Origin: a virus
Taxonomy: Duplodnaviria; Caudoviricetes
Direction: 5' to 3' (one strand)
Length of the DNA: 46,761 nt
IMG/VR virus record: IMGVR_UViG_3300025168_000148
Span: 1-46,761 of that record
Both the position numbers and the translations under genes were made by a program. The notes beneath the pieces are model-generated. The model worked only from the letters and a program-made list of their open reading frames with translations, ran no database searches and had not been told where the DNA came from. The stretch's first letter is position 1; each line of letters starts with the position of its first letter. Shown one piece after another: positions 20,401 to 29,300 of the stretch.

Positions 20401-21485
20401 CACCAGAGCATGTAAAATTTAGTTTTATAGACTATACTACTGATATAACACACGATACTATTAACATAAAAAGCCCTCATGATCTTAAAACAACAAATCT
20501 TGATGAAACTGAACAATTAGTTCTTAATAGAAGATGGGAATTTGACTCAACAACAGAAGGTTGGATTTTTAATAATGGCGGAACAGGAATTGTAGAGCCA
20601 CTAATAAACACTGGACAACAAACGCTTATTACAAGTGTAGACCATCCAGCTGCAGCACAGCCAGATGGGAAATATTTTTACTTTGATGAACTTACAATGT
20701 CTAATATGTTAGGTGTATCAGCATCTATATGGGACAATACTACTAGACATTTTATTCAAATTCGTAATGGAGTTGAAATATGGGATGGTGATTGTGTTAT
20801 CTGGGATTCAAGCTCTGGTAATTCTACTCCTACTACAGGTTCTGGTAATTCTCATGGTAGAAGAGCTTCTGGTGCATCAGCTGGACAATGGCAGATTGGA
20901 GATATTATTATGACATCTACACAAGGATCTAATATTGTTTTGCAATATGAAGGGCTTGGTGCATTTAGAACTCCAAATTATAAAATGGGAGATCAAATAA
21001 ATTTACCTGGCAAGTATAATAATATAATTAGAGTTAGAGTTAGAAGGTCTAATATAGGTTTAAGTTCATGGTTGGGTAGAATAAAATGGAGAGGATATGA
21101 TCCTATAAGAAAAGCTAGCGGTGATTATTTAGTTTTAAGTGAAGCTACCTCTAGAAGTCAACAAATAGAGGAGCCATTAGGATTAGATGAAGGTTTTATA
21201 ATTGCAGAGTGGGATATGTCAGGAACACCTGATTGGAATGACTGTATAATTGAGCAAATTAACTTAGAGCTTTTTAATGGAACAGCTCAATGTGTAGTTG
21301 ATTGGGTAGAAATAGGAGGGCTACAAGCAGATAAATACATAGATGGAATATTAAAAACCCCACTAAGAACTGAGAAAAGTTCACGAAGAACTAGAGGAAC
21401 GTGGGCAAAAATCAAATATAGTGCTAAAACCACAGATAAATTTAATATCTTTGCAATACTTGCAAAGTATAGAAAAACCTATTAA
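14433..21485 (+). CDS. tail stabilisation / muzzle protein (P22 gp10-like), 2350 aa
   Basis: FTHGMISDLD...YTDAQNIRL N-terminus, IYWTDNKNQLRTLNI, YQRGDIYRFGV, FGGDTFV, YGEINRI, YFVD and terminal RTRGTWAKI, all typical of crAss-like stabilisation proteins. Confidence 0.85.
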   Translation: MAKKNQSQGNNKAQKGTSKPESFTHGMISDLDPHFQLEGSYTDAQNIRLTNSTGDTFTVENIEGNSLFVDLATFHIDTIDDQYQTNASYPTFYDRGPTNDLSLLTNLELSNRCSIVGHVSYASRMLLMIVGRFEWNRGYGVPFAEEKNRTIFLMVDFNHEFRVQKVTDLRVCYEALGQSNGQYPDLNMDLDTPVRIEHIVENESISRIYWTDNKNQLRTLNINQPRLDLLEISSLDISPLMNPSQAVLGTTLNGSLPVGVYQYCYKYISENGGESTFSPLSNMYHVSDQAFGTSTLYGGGPQGNLGTQGFQIEVNDIDQTFEYIELYGLLYEEQNNAPRVCVITRNRISGTKSIFQHVVWNNEIENGLEEILIESNTFDVCKDIAIKDNILFAANLRQKRNFISEKEWNVKIMRWVIKESDSGPSKRFLSAMLTTNDREVKHYKGTASAPVEIGSTGTGSDYGSEIDINTDWCGYGQLLGSENSAANPSAYPSTGHSYLDYDGNLNNPMWTTCVANQRHGSGGSDGRVKHKFEYRYLADRMTLGGESFEYSTNGLGGCRVTFGIEEKVADQSQNAWNSPFISSTSKGDKDPTEFFRNSGSYPYIAPVGNTTFKSSMSLGGSKDPHLAGNKRGYQRGDIYRFGVQIYDLNGAPGNVLWIGDIETPNQHDVLRMLRTDTPGYNPARRTIGGSGNTMVSYKHFTTHQNVKDHRLSYIYGHTVPPVDVEWFTARIGNSTQNLEAYIRPDGERINSSLLPNSGSSNYVFDIRNKAMPAWDINPLGDAYGMDYSEHNETHYLYDLYVNFEFVIPEEVVKKISGYRVVRAERTEEDRRIIQQGLLNQTAQYGTAKYGQKYGYDSTRFSQKDNEAFSDDPIFVNQYNSQLNSDGTATNAAAITPTLPEQPEYNVYLNGYLGLAENSHLAFYDSVNVTDGKATTGGNTEGNVFYWPEREDSRQYNPAGGAENARRQGANSTYFGGPGTYGTHHRHSAYFGSYDKLSRVADVATTAGDTRQENQQHSQISGSIFTLDAPDSAFGIRPYVYREGDMLRIDSSLKLSDEVRFKGQPGSSFGGASGYPNHFWSHCRGMSKKNHADGVDNYNWDSNGATNNQNWTPEETDHTLNEALSFTSRKEIDDDYAVLIGKYYCYDPYFGIGMEIDGGKFAGASKSAGSADMEPQRQYGWQLPIASSKEITDGEIIPSGFFKISKRVKYNKVNGFSNNTLGYVKKAHIESQTGFTDNFIDTGVSYVFGAVSQYLAHIKKTTSPSTATDPIADFQWPEVKNQDYTYDTVSTMQMGLRSIIVEVDNRYGHVRQRNADGASYFGLNADGAYAKLDYHAWFAPLNLSALYEHSNWKSEDLNGNTGSPTPGGYNPETLFAYRSGFISHKGSIGLQEDGSEEHDNGPLQKTNNKGKDLVPFKYLCSIVRNTVAYGGYTKGAIEKTRYIPCGNFHAVDKDGFTEGNKQSHLSKVFGGDTFVNLYSHQKTATPYMKKSAARWQVFPVESYVNTDMRSGLTLNSSDTVIGKEMNEAPFSNDWLYNSIYSQENNIKSSLMVNEEKFDDSLNLPYEIAYSNTKILGQTSDAFRVFPINQFHDMEGLYGEINRIINFKNEIYVLQDSAFAKLLVNPLSMLSDDSGTSLFTGTGETVESHIYISTKYGSRHRFSVALSEKSLYFVDSNFGRLFKYDTEKLISLGDALGQRNYLKTIIKEWEQRAYKICQANSGSGGSAGGTHVVLNSSPLPNPTLHGTNYGLLDSVVKPDGSRNYLADNPLNFLGITSIYDYTHKELLVTFHNSAWGNKNNKRQQTSRTADNHGMGSSTHGEPVGHSETLVYSEAINAFTSKYSVAPPQWLTGGQGSFIVCPENEINVNTIANFSASTGLHYPGGANYGSKFPYSLVGSNSSLYRDRRCNPLKLWIWDKHIEKNKTNFFGKKDDVVTSQSGLVSPLDSSLTTTGYKVLFPGRKDVADESYIVKVINSEAASSKVFDNSQIIMTPEHVKFSFIDYTTDITHDTINIKSPHDLKTTNLDETEQLVLNRRWEFDSTTEGWIFNNGGTGIVEPLINTGQQTLITSVDHPAAAQPDGKYFYFDELTMSNMLGVSASIWDNTTRHFIQIRNGVEIWDGDCVIWDSSSGNSTPTTGSGNSHGRRASGASAGQWQIGDIIMTSTQGSNIVLQYEGLGAFRTPNYKMGDQINLPGKYNNIIRVRVRRSNIGLSSWLGRIKWRGYDPIRKASGDYLVLSEATSRSQQIEEPLGLDEGFIIAEWDMSGTPDWNDCIIEQINLELFNGTAQCVVDWVEIGGLQADKYIDGILKTPLRTEKSSRRTRGTWAKIKYSAKTTDKFNIFAILAKYRKTY
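21446..21455 (+). promoter_or_regulatory. Bacteroidota-type -7 promoter element (TATCTTTGCA)
   Basis: TAnnTTTG match inside the end of the muzzle gene, about 40 nt before the first cargo gene. Confidence 0.45.
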
Positions 21486-21496
21486 AAAACAAAATT

Positions 21497-22645
21497 ATGA
21501 GTTATTCTGATATATTTAACGTTATAAATCAATATGGTTCTGGGATGAAGAATCTATATGCAAATAGGGCTAATAATTTAAATAGTGTAAAGTTTAATAG
21601 AGGTCCAGTAAATCCTAATTCTTCAGCTGCATTTACACCAAAAACAGCTAGAGATATTTATAGTAGCTCTACAGCCGTTAATAATCCTATGACTGCTTTT
21701 AACGAATACAAACCTTATTCAGGAGAAAACTTAATGATGCAAGGAATGCAAGGAGCGCAATATGGAACTATGGCAAGTAAAGCATCTCCTTTTTTACAAG
21801 ATTTTGCAACATCATTAGGAGCTAAAGGTACTATGACAAAAGGAGGCTTAGGCCCAGCCGCAGCAGTGTATGGCTTGACACAAAATCAAAATCCATATGA
21901 CTTTACAAAAACTGAAAAACTAGGAACAATTGCAAGTACAGCATTAGCAGCAAGATCTATAGCTCCAATGATTGGTTCGGCTATTCCAGCATTAGCAACT
22001 CCAGCAGCAGGATTAGGCGCTGCAGTTGGTATGCATCCAGCTCTTTTAATTGGTAGTTTACTTTTAGGTAATATGTTTGCTAAAAAGAAAGATAAGAAAG
22101 CAAAAGGTAATGTGGAAAAAGTAAGAACAGAAGTAAAAGGAGAGCAAGATGATATATATGATACACGAGCTGATGAAGTAGAAGAAATGAGAGAAGACAT
22201 GTTATCACAATACACAACAGACATGTATAATCAAAGACAAGGCAGATACAGTAATCAATATGGAGGAAACTACAGTATGGAAGAAGGTGGTAAAATGGAT
22301 ATAGTAGCTGAGTTTACAGGAAATGAATTAATTGTAAATGACCAAGATAAAGTAGAAAAAGGATTAGCTAGTGAAAACTATGCAATGGCTGCTGCTCCTA
22401 TTAAACAAGCAATGAAAAATAAACAATTAACTCCAGGCCCTGAAACGCACCAAGGTAATCCAATGCCTGTAGACGCTAAAGGAAACATATACGCAGGCGG
22501 AGGCGCGCTACCTTTTAAAGCTAATAAAGGTGCTGGTATATATGATCATGCTACAGATCAATTTAAACCAACTATGACTGATAAAGAAATAGCTATGGTA
22601 GCACAAGAGAATATTAATAAGTGGGAATCTAACGGAATGGCATAA
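21497..22645 (+). CDS. putative ejected (cargo) virion protein with hydrophobic membrane-inserting segment
   Basis: Gly/Ala-rich hydrophobic stretch (IPALATPAAGLGAAVGMHPALLIGSLLLG), then a basic patch and coiled coil; first gene after the tail. Confidence 0.65.
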   Translation: MSYSDIFNVINQYGSGMKNLYANRANNLNSVKFNRGPVNPNSSAAFTPKTARDIYSSSTAVNNPMTAFNEYKPYSGENLMMQGMQGAQYGTMASKASPFLQDFATSLGAKGTMTKGGLGPAAAVYGLTQNQNPYDFTKTEKLGTIASTALAARSIAPMIGSAIPALATPAAGLGAAVGMHPALLIGSLLLGNMFAKKKDKKAKGNVEKVRTEVKGEQDDIYDTRADEVEEMREDMLSQYTTDMYNQRQGRYSNQYGGNYSMEEGGKMDIVAEFTGNELIVNDQDKVEKGLASENYAMAAAPIKQAMKNKQLTPGPETHQGNPMPVDAKGNIYAGGGALPFKANKGAGIYDHATDQFKPTMTDKEIAMVAQENINKWESNGMA

Positions 22646-24306
22646 TGGCAATAAAACCAAAAAGTATATCACACGCAGTTTTTAATAATAATCCAGGAAA
22701 CATTAAGCATAGTGTTAACGGAAAGGAATTAGACTATCTTAAAGTTTTAGATAAATTAGGTATTAAATACAGTAAAGGTAGTGAGGCTGCAGATGGAGGA
22801 TATTTTATAAAATTTGAATCTCATGCAGATGGATATAAAGCCGCAAAAGCATGGTGGCCTACAGTTAAGAGTTGGGCTGCATATGAAGGATTGACTTTAG
22901 ATCAAGCTTTAGAAAAATATAGTGGAGAAGGATATTCAACTGAAAAATTAGAAATAGATTTAGATGGTAGTAAATTATTGTCTGACTTTACTAATGAAGA
23001 ATTAGGTGGAGTTATGACTAGTCAGATAAAAATGGAAGATCCTAAAGAGTATGAAATTTTAAAGAACGAAGGATTGTTATCTGAAGAAGTAGAAGAGACA
23101 GTAGAAGAAACTGTAGAAGAACCAACTCTACAATACCAAACAGTATTAGGTCCAAATGGAGAAGAAATAAGAATACCTATTGGAGAAGATGTAACAGAAT
23201 CTGATATAAGAAAAAAACAAACAGGAGGAGAGCAAAGATATAAAAGCTGGAAAGAACTTGAAGATAACATTAGTAAATTAGATAAATCACGACCATTTTA
23301 TATTGCAGAAAATAGATACAAATGGAATGAGGATAAGAAAAAAGCACTTTTAGTAGATGAAAAAGGAGAGTACCTTCCTAACGAGCGGCAAATAAAAAAT
23401 GAACAATTTCAAAATATATTTAAAGGGCCTAGAATTAAAAGTCCAGGAGGAAGTAAAGAAGGAGAGTCTCCAAAGGAAATAGTAGAAGAAAAGATTATTA
23501 CTCCTAATATTGAAGTTGTTTCAGACGAAGAAGTTGTAAGTCCACAATTTACACCTAGAGAATCAAACATAGGGGATATAGATAATAATAATAATAATAT
23601 TCCTGATTATTTAGAGGTAGATCCAAAAGACACAAAAAATCCATCAACAACAGGACAAAAAGTAATGGGAGGATTAGGAAGTCTAGTACAAGGCGCTGGT
23701 GCTGCTTTAGATGCTCTTGGTGGACCTGGAGCTATTATCTCATACATTATGGGTAAAAAGGGCTTAAAAGAAGCAATGAAAGAAATACAACCTCAAGCTA
23801 GTCCACAGTTATCTCCAATGTTTATGAAGCATTTAAGACAAACTAAAGAGTTAGCTAAGAAAGGTTTTCATCCATCTGAAGAAATGAAGATTAGAAAAGA
23901 AATAGATGGAGCTTATCAAAAAGGATTAGAAAATGCAGTAAGAGGTTCTGGTGGTCAAAGAGCTACATTTTTAGCACAGTCAGGTGTTTTAGATGCTCAA
24001 AGATCTTCAGCTTTATTAGATTATGCTGTAAAAGATGAAGAACTACAAAGAAAGAATGCTGAAAAGTATGAAAAGATGATGCTCTTTAAAGAAAATTTTG
24101 ATATACAAAGAACAGATAGAGAAAGAACAGAAGACATGGAAAGACAAGCTGCTACTAAAAAAGCTGCAATTGAATTTACATCAGCAGCATTTACAAATGC
24201 TATGTCAGGTCTAAATGGAGCTACTGGAATTTTACAAAATTTCTTCTCTAATAATACTAATAGAGGAATAGGAGTAAATTCTCCAGACAATTTATCAGAA
24301 GAATAA
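22645..24306 (+). CDS. putative ejected protein with an N-terminal lysozyme-like (NNNPGNI) domain
   Basis: NNNPGNIK...F...DG...TLDQALEKY N-terminus, an acidic linker, a Gly-rich hydrophobic segment and a coiled coil. Confidence 0.65.
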   Translation: MAIKPKSISHAVFNNNPGNIKHSVNGKELDYLKVLDKLGIKYSKGSEAADGGYFIKFESHADGYKAAKAWWPTVKSWAAYEGLTLDQALEKYSGEGYSTEKLEIDLDGSKLLSDFTNEELGGVMTSQIKMEDPKEYEILKNEGLLSEEVEETVEETVEEPTLQYQTVLGPNGEEIRIPIGEDVTESDIRKKQTGGEQRYKSWKELEDNISKLDKSRPFYIAENRYKWNEDKKKALLVDEKGEYLPNERQIKNEQFQNIFKGPRIKSPGGSKEGESPKEIVEEKIITPNIEVVSDEEVVSPQFTPRESNIGDIDNNNNNIPDYLEVDPKDTKNPSTTGQKVMGGLGSLVQGAGAALDALGGPGAIISYIMGKKGLKEAMKEIQPQASPQLSPMFMKHLRQTKELAKKGFHPSEEMKIRKEIDGAYQKGLENAVRGSGGQRATFLAQSGVLDAQRSSALLDYAVKDEELQRKNAEKYEKMMLFKENFDIQRTDRERTEDMERQAATKKAAIEFTSAAFTNAMSGLNGATGILQNFFSNNTNRGIGVNSPDNLSEE

Positions 24307-24310
24307 AATT

Positions 24311-26392
24311 ATGGCAGTAGACTACGGGTTATTTCAAGCATTAACTGGTCCTATGCAGGCAGCTGGGAACATACAATCTAATCGGGATGCTCAAAAATTA
24401 CAACAATTACAGTTGCAAGAGCAACAAGCTCAACTACAATTAAGAGAGCAAGAAAGAGAACAGAACATACAGAGTCAATTAGACTTATCATATCAAGCTT
24501 CTAAAGATGCTATATTTACAAAAAATAAATACAGAAGACAAATAGATTCAGATGATTACTCTGCTTGGCATAAAGATTATTCTGGATGGTCAGACATAGA
24601 AGCCATATTAAAACAGTATGATAATGTTCCAAATGCACGACTACACGGTGGTTTAGATCAAGCATTAGCAAAATATAAACAAAAAGTACAAACACCTGAT
24701 CCAGATCCTGAAAAAGGGAATCCTATTCTACATAGGGTTAATCAAAATCTTGCATCAATAGAGCAATACCAAAAATATGCTTTAGACAAAGATGGTTATG
24801 CTAAATTTCTTACAAGTAACTCTCATAAAAGATTTGAAGATTGGCAGAAAGGATTAACTGATATTTATAAATACACTGGTCCTAGAGGAGACTATTTAGC
24901 TAATGCTGGTGAAGAGGCAAATGTAGGTGATAATATTAATTTAGATGATGTTATAGCATCTAACCATATGTCAATTACAAATGATATGGAAAAAGATTTA
25001 GGAGTTAGTAAATCAAATTTCACAGATATTGATATACGAAATTGGGTGAGTACAGAATTACAATATCAAGAGTCTGGAGGTATAGGTCGTTTTGGTGATG
25101 AAGCTATATTTGGAACAAAAGAAATAGATACAGAATATTCAACTGAGTTAGTTAGATCTTTAGATGTTTCAAATAAAACAGGAGTTTATACAGGATCTGA
25201 TTATTTTAAAGTTCAAGATAACAATAAAGCAGGAAAAGGTTATTCATTTAATGAATTATTTGATGAAACTTCTTCTGAACCTTGGAGTAGATTAGGTGGA
25301 TATGATAAGAATACTAGAATGCATAGTACTAAAGGACTTAAATCTCCTTTTTCTAAAGGAATGCAAATGGTTGGTAGTGGTAGAATATTTGCTAATAATC
25401 CTAACCTAGAGAGCGCTGTAACAAAGGCTTGGGCTGGTGTTTATGAAGGAGATGAGCAGAATCCAACATCTAGATACAACACTAAAAGTCGTAAAATTAA
25501 TGATATAAATACAACAACATTATACGATAGAAGAGGTCATAAAATAACTGATCAAGATGTTGCATCAACAGTATTTACAGGTGCGAATTTATGGCAAGAA
25601 TCAGAAACTATGGATTTAAGATTAACTGGTTATCATGTTGCATTAGAAGGTAAGAATAAAGATGGAGACACTTTCTTACTAGCTGATGTATCTAGTGAAG
25701 ATGATATGAATAAAATGAAAGAACAGTATGGAGATATTCAATTTGATTATGTTATGGTTGCTGAACTTATAGATGATGATTATTTTCCTGATGATCCTTA
25801 TTATAGAAAAGTTGATATGGAAGATCCAAATCTTCAAGCTACTATAAATAAAAGTATAGACTCTAAAGACTTAAATAATGTTTTAAATCAAATGGCCACT
25901 TATGAAGAAGAGATGGCACACAAGCAATATCAAAATAAACGTAAAGAAGTTGATGGAGTTAAGATACAAAAGCAAATGAATTTACCAGATGATGCTGGTG
26001 TTTCTCAGGTTATTAGTGCTTATGATCAATCTCTTACTGTTGGATTAGCTACTGCAGGAATACCTAGTAGAAAAATTGAACAAGCAATTCCTATGATAAT
26101 TGCTGATTTATACTTAGCTTCGCGAGAACAAAAAGAATTTCCAGTTGTTGTGGAAAAAGATGCGCAAGGAAACATAACTAAGCAGGCTAATACCTCTTAT
26201 GAGCTTATGGCTTATCAGGCACAACAACTAAAGATAGGGTTGACTTCTGGTAATCCTCAATTTGAATTAATGCTAGAAGCTATAAAGACAGGTCAGTATG
26301 ATAAGTATAGAGAAGGTACAAATAATGCAAAAACTTATAGTCAAGGTAAAAATTTAGCTAGAACTATTCAGAATTATTATAACAATAAATAA
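24311..26392 (+). CDS. putative ejected (cargo) protein (693 aa)
   Basis: Gln-rich coiled-coil N-terminus; coupled by TAATG to the RNAP gene. Confidence 0.6.
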   Translation: MAVDYGLFQALTGPMQAAGNIQSNRDAQKLQQLQLQEQQAQLQLREQEREQNIQSQLDLSYQASKDAIFTKNKYRRQIDSDDYSAWHKDYSGWSDIEAILKQYDNVPNARLHGGLDQALAKYKQKVQTPDPDPEKGNPILHRVNQNLASIEQYQKYALDKDGYAKFLTSNSHKRFEDWQKGLTDIYKYTGPRGDYLANAGEEANVGDNINLDDVIASNHMSITNDMEKDLGVSKSNFTDIDIRNWVSTELQYQESGGIGRFGDEAIFGTKEIDTEYSTELVRSLDVSNKTGVYTGSDYFKVQDNNKAGKGYSFNELFDETSSEPWSRLGGYDKNTRMHSTKGLKSPFSKGMQMVGSGRIFANNPNLESAVTKAWAGVYEGDEQNPTSRYNTKSRKINDINTTTLYDRRGHKITDQDVASTVFTGANLWQESETMDLRLTGYHVALEGKNKDGDTFLLADVSSEDDMNKMKEQYGDIQFDYVMVAELIDDDYFPDDPYYRKVDMEDPNLQATINKSIDSKDLNNVLNQMATYEEEMAHKQYQNKRKEVDGVKIQKQMNLPDDAGVSQVISAYDQSLTVGLATAGIPSRKIEQAIPMIIADLYLASREQKEFPVVVEKDAQGNITKQANTSYELMAYQAQQLKIGLTSGNPQFELMLEAIKTGQYDKYREGTNNAKTYSQGKNLARTIQNYYNNK

Positions 26393-29300
26393 TGGCAGAA
26401 GACTATACATCAGGGCTAAACATATTATTAGGAAACGCCAACCCTCCTACGACACAACCTCAATCACCTGAACAAGATTTACAGAGTCAGTATGATTCTC
26501 AGATGAATACAGAGCCTTCTGGTTTTTCTCAATTACTAGGAAGCGTGTCTACTATGCCTGAGCAAAATATAGAATTAGACAGATATACTAGAGGTATGGC
26601 TGCTGATCAAATGGGAGACCAGCAATATGCTGGATTAGATAGATTAAGAGAAGGTGCTGCTCCAGAACAACAATTTGCAGATCCTGCTGAAATGATTAGT
26701 TCTGCTGGACAAAGAGTGGAAAGAGGGTTAAAGGCAGGTTGGGGTGATTTAGTTGCTGGTACAGGAGATACTATTGATTTTGTTACTGCATTAGTTAGTC
26801 CAGGAGAAGGAGATCTAACTACAAGTGTAGGATCTTATCTTAAAAAAGTAGGAACAGAATATCAAAAAGAAAATGCCTTAATACTATCTGAAGACTTACA
26901 AGATATAACCTGGGACGACATGTTTAAAGGAGAGTTTTGGTCTTCTAAAATATCTAGATTAGTTCCTTATGCTGCATCATTTATAATACCATATGCTGGA
27001 GGATCTATGATGGCAGGAAGACTGCTAGGTAGGTATGGTCCTACTGCTCTAAAGTATGCCTCTAAAACAGGAGCATTTGGTAAAATGGCTCAAGGGGTAA
27101 AATTAACAGGAGCTGGAGAAAAAGGATTTAAAGGCGTAAAAGGTACAGGTGCTTTAGGAAAGCTTGGAGTTGATCTTGGCAAAGCAGGATACGCCCCTAC
27201 TAAACTTGCAAGAAATATAAGTGGATATATTGGTGGTGGTGCAACAGCCAATTTATTTGAAGGAGCTTATTTAGCTGGAGAGGCTTATCAAGAAATGGCT
27301 AATGATGTAGATGATAATGGTAATCCGTTATTTACCCCAGAAGAAGCAGCTAGTCACGCTGCTGGAGTTATGGGTGATAATGCTAAATGGATGGGAGTAG
27401 ATATTCTTCAATATGGTATATTATTTGGAGGTGCTGGTAGAGGATTAATGGGTAAAGTATTAAGAAGCCCAATTACTAAAACTCCATTTGGTAAAAACAT
27501 GAAACCACTTACAGGAATGTTAATGAGAAGGGTGGTTCCCAATTTACCTGCTGCTGCGGCATATGCAAGTGTAGAAGGAATAACAGAAGGATTTCAAGAG
27601 GTATATCAAGAATGGGCAAAATACAAAAACATACAACAAGCTAATAATAAAGGTTATGACTCAGCAATGTCATGGCTTAGAGAAGCTCCATTTGGTGAAG
27701 ACAGACCTGAACTTAGAGATATATTCTGGTCTTCTGTAGGGCTAGGAGGAGCTATGGGTGGAGCTAGAGGTTACTTTGATGCTGCTGCTGAAAGAAAACA
27801 TCTTACTGATAAAAAGATAGATTCTTATAATAATGCAATAGATATATTTAAGAAAAGCCAAAAAGATATGAATATGGATGAGGCAGATGCATATCAAAAG
27901 GCTATAGATAATTTAATAGCATCTAATATATGGAATTATTCAGGAGATGGTTCTGCCGCTATGTCTATTGTAGATAATTTAGTTAAAGATAATAAAATAT
28001 CAGAAGAACACGGATTAGAATATAAAGCTAGAATTGAATTAGCCGAAAGAGACTATGAGAAACATCATGTAAATAGTTCTCTTACGGAAGCTGGTGCAGA
28101 AGCAGCATTTAACCTAGAAATGGTTAAAACTCGTATAGAAGGCCAAATGGCTGGTGATATACAAGAATATAATGAAACAGTAGAAAAACAGAAATCTATA
28201 ATTAAGGATAAAAAAGAACTTGCTGATAAACTAAAAGTACTTGAAGATTTTCATAATAAAACACTAGAAGGTTACATAAATGATCTTGCAGAAGTTGATC
28301 AATCTATAGAAGATATATATACCGCTAAAGTAGATAGAGCTCCTATAGCTAAGTCTACTGGTAAAAGAGATTCTAGATTTAAAAAACAAGGATTAAAGAA
28401 AGCTGATTTTGAAGACTACACACAAGAAGGAGAAAAACAAAAAACTGAAAGAGAAAAAGCTGAAGCCAAAACAAAAGCTGAAGAGAAAACTGGTATTTTA
28501 GAAACTGTCAAAGATTTAGGAAGTAAAGCAGTAGAAGGCGTTAAAGGTTTATTTGGTAAAGCAAAAGACAAAGCACAATCACCAGAAACTAAAGAGGCAA
28601 TAAAAAAAGTTAAAGATTATACTAAAAACGAAATAACTCCTACTGCAAAAGAATATTTAGTAAAACTATTAGAAGCTGGTAAAATTGCAGCTACAACAGT
28701 TGCTAGTATAGTAGGTACAGGTATTAATAAAATTATTAATAGAGGAGATGTAGATAAAGCTGTAAAGAAAGAAGAGAAGGCTGAATCTAAAGAAAAATCT
28801 AAAGAGTCTGACAAAGACGTAAAAAAAAAAGACCAACGTCAGATAATTCCAAAAACTAAGGAATACAAAACTACAGAAGCAAGTTTAAAAAAAGGTACTC
28901 GTCAGATAAAAAAAGCTGATATACAAAAAGGTACAGGACCTAATTACTTTATTAAAACTCCAGAAGGAGAAACTATTCAGTATAGAGACTTTGATAATAT
29001 TTCTGATAAATATGTATTAGATGAAGATGCTAATGTTGAGTTACGTTTAATAAAACCAGTTAAAGGACAAGAAGGCATTGTTGAAGTAGACGGTAAACTA
29101 TATTTTCAATTTGATAATAATTTATATGAAACTGAAATACAAGTTGTTATAAACGATGAGGTTGTAGGTAAGGTAGCTCAACGAGACTTTAAAGATAAAG
29201 GTCCTACTAAAAAAGCTAAGAAGAAAGATAAACGTAAAATAGATCAATTAATAGGCGCTGTAAAAGAATCTAAAGAAAAGATTAAAAAATACCTTACTAG

